From Candidatus Latescibacterota bacterium (GTDB lineage: Bacteria; Latescibacterota; UBA2968; SICM01), in assembly GCA_965217865.1 (NCBI GenBank), contig CBDCJO010000001.1, positions 192,001-256,000 on the forward strand: a DNA stretch of 64,000 nt, read 5' to 3'. The translations under genes were made by a program, and so were the position numbers. The notes beneath the pieces are model-generated. The model was given only the letters and a program-made list of their open reading frames with translations. It was not told the origin of the DNA and did not search any database. Position 1 is the stretch's first letter, and each line of letters starts with the position of its first letter. This document shows positions 63,922 to 64,000 of the stretch, in pieces.

Positions 63922-64000
63922 TCAATGGGTTTCTCCATCTTGTAAAACCACGTCCATCCCGAGGCTCTGCAGCTCCTTGACGAGAACATTAAACGACTCG
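63922..64000 (-). CDS. rpoB: RNA polymerase beta subunit, 3' end only
   Basis: Manual translation ESFNVLVKELQSLGMDVVLQDGETH*. Confidence 0.95.
   Translation of the reverse strand, partial: ESFNVLVKELQSLGMDVVLQDGETH

Overview
GC-rich bacterial chromosomal window. The rpoA N-terminus (MKWKSLHMP) and the rpoC 'KPQKKITG' insert suggest an FCB-related lineage such as Latescibacterota (inference only). The right third (40.5-64 kb, minus strand) is the rpoB(3')-rpoC-str-S10-spc-alpha supercluster; it lacks map and has many GTG/TTG starts. The left part is accessory and housekeeping DNA. Highlights: (1) a minus-strand lipid operon with its own promoter (acyl-CoA ligase, fatty acyl reductase, large PlsC-like acyltransferase, HAD-IB phosphatase, Zn-dehydrogenase, LarA/DUF2088 nickel-pincer-type protein, lipid kinase), resembling a split version of the myxobacterial Elb ether-lipid system; (2) a divergent nucleotide cyclase-caspase-TPR-FGE fusion whose 3' end is cut off at a junction with a likewise truncated convergent HD-GYP gene; (3) an MrfA/DUF1998 helicase with an inserted HNH domain, broken by two lesions, followed by MrfB; (4) a hypothetical-PqqD-MpsC-MpsC-DUF5069 cluster divergent from lexA. 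Several small lesions may be sequencing or assembly errors. No tRNA, rRNA, CRISPR array or transposase was recognised. All product calls come from motif recognition by eye, not database searches.
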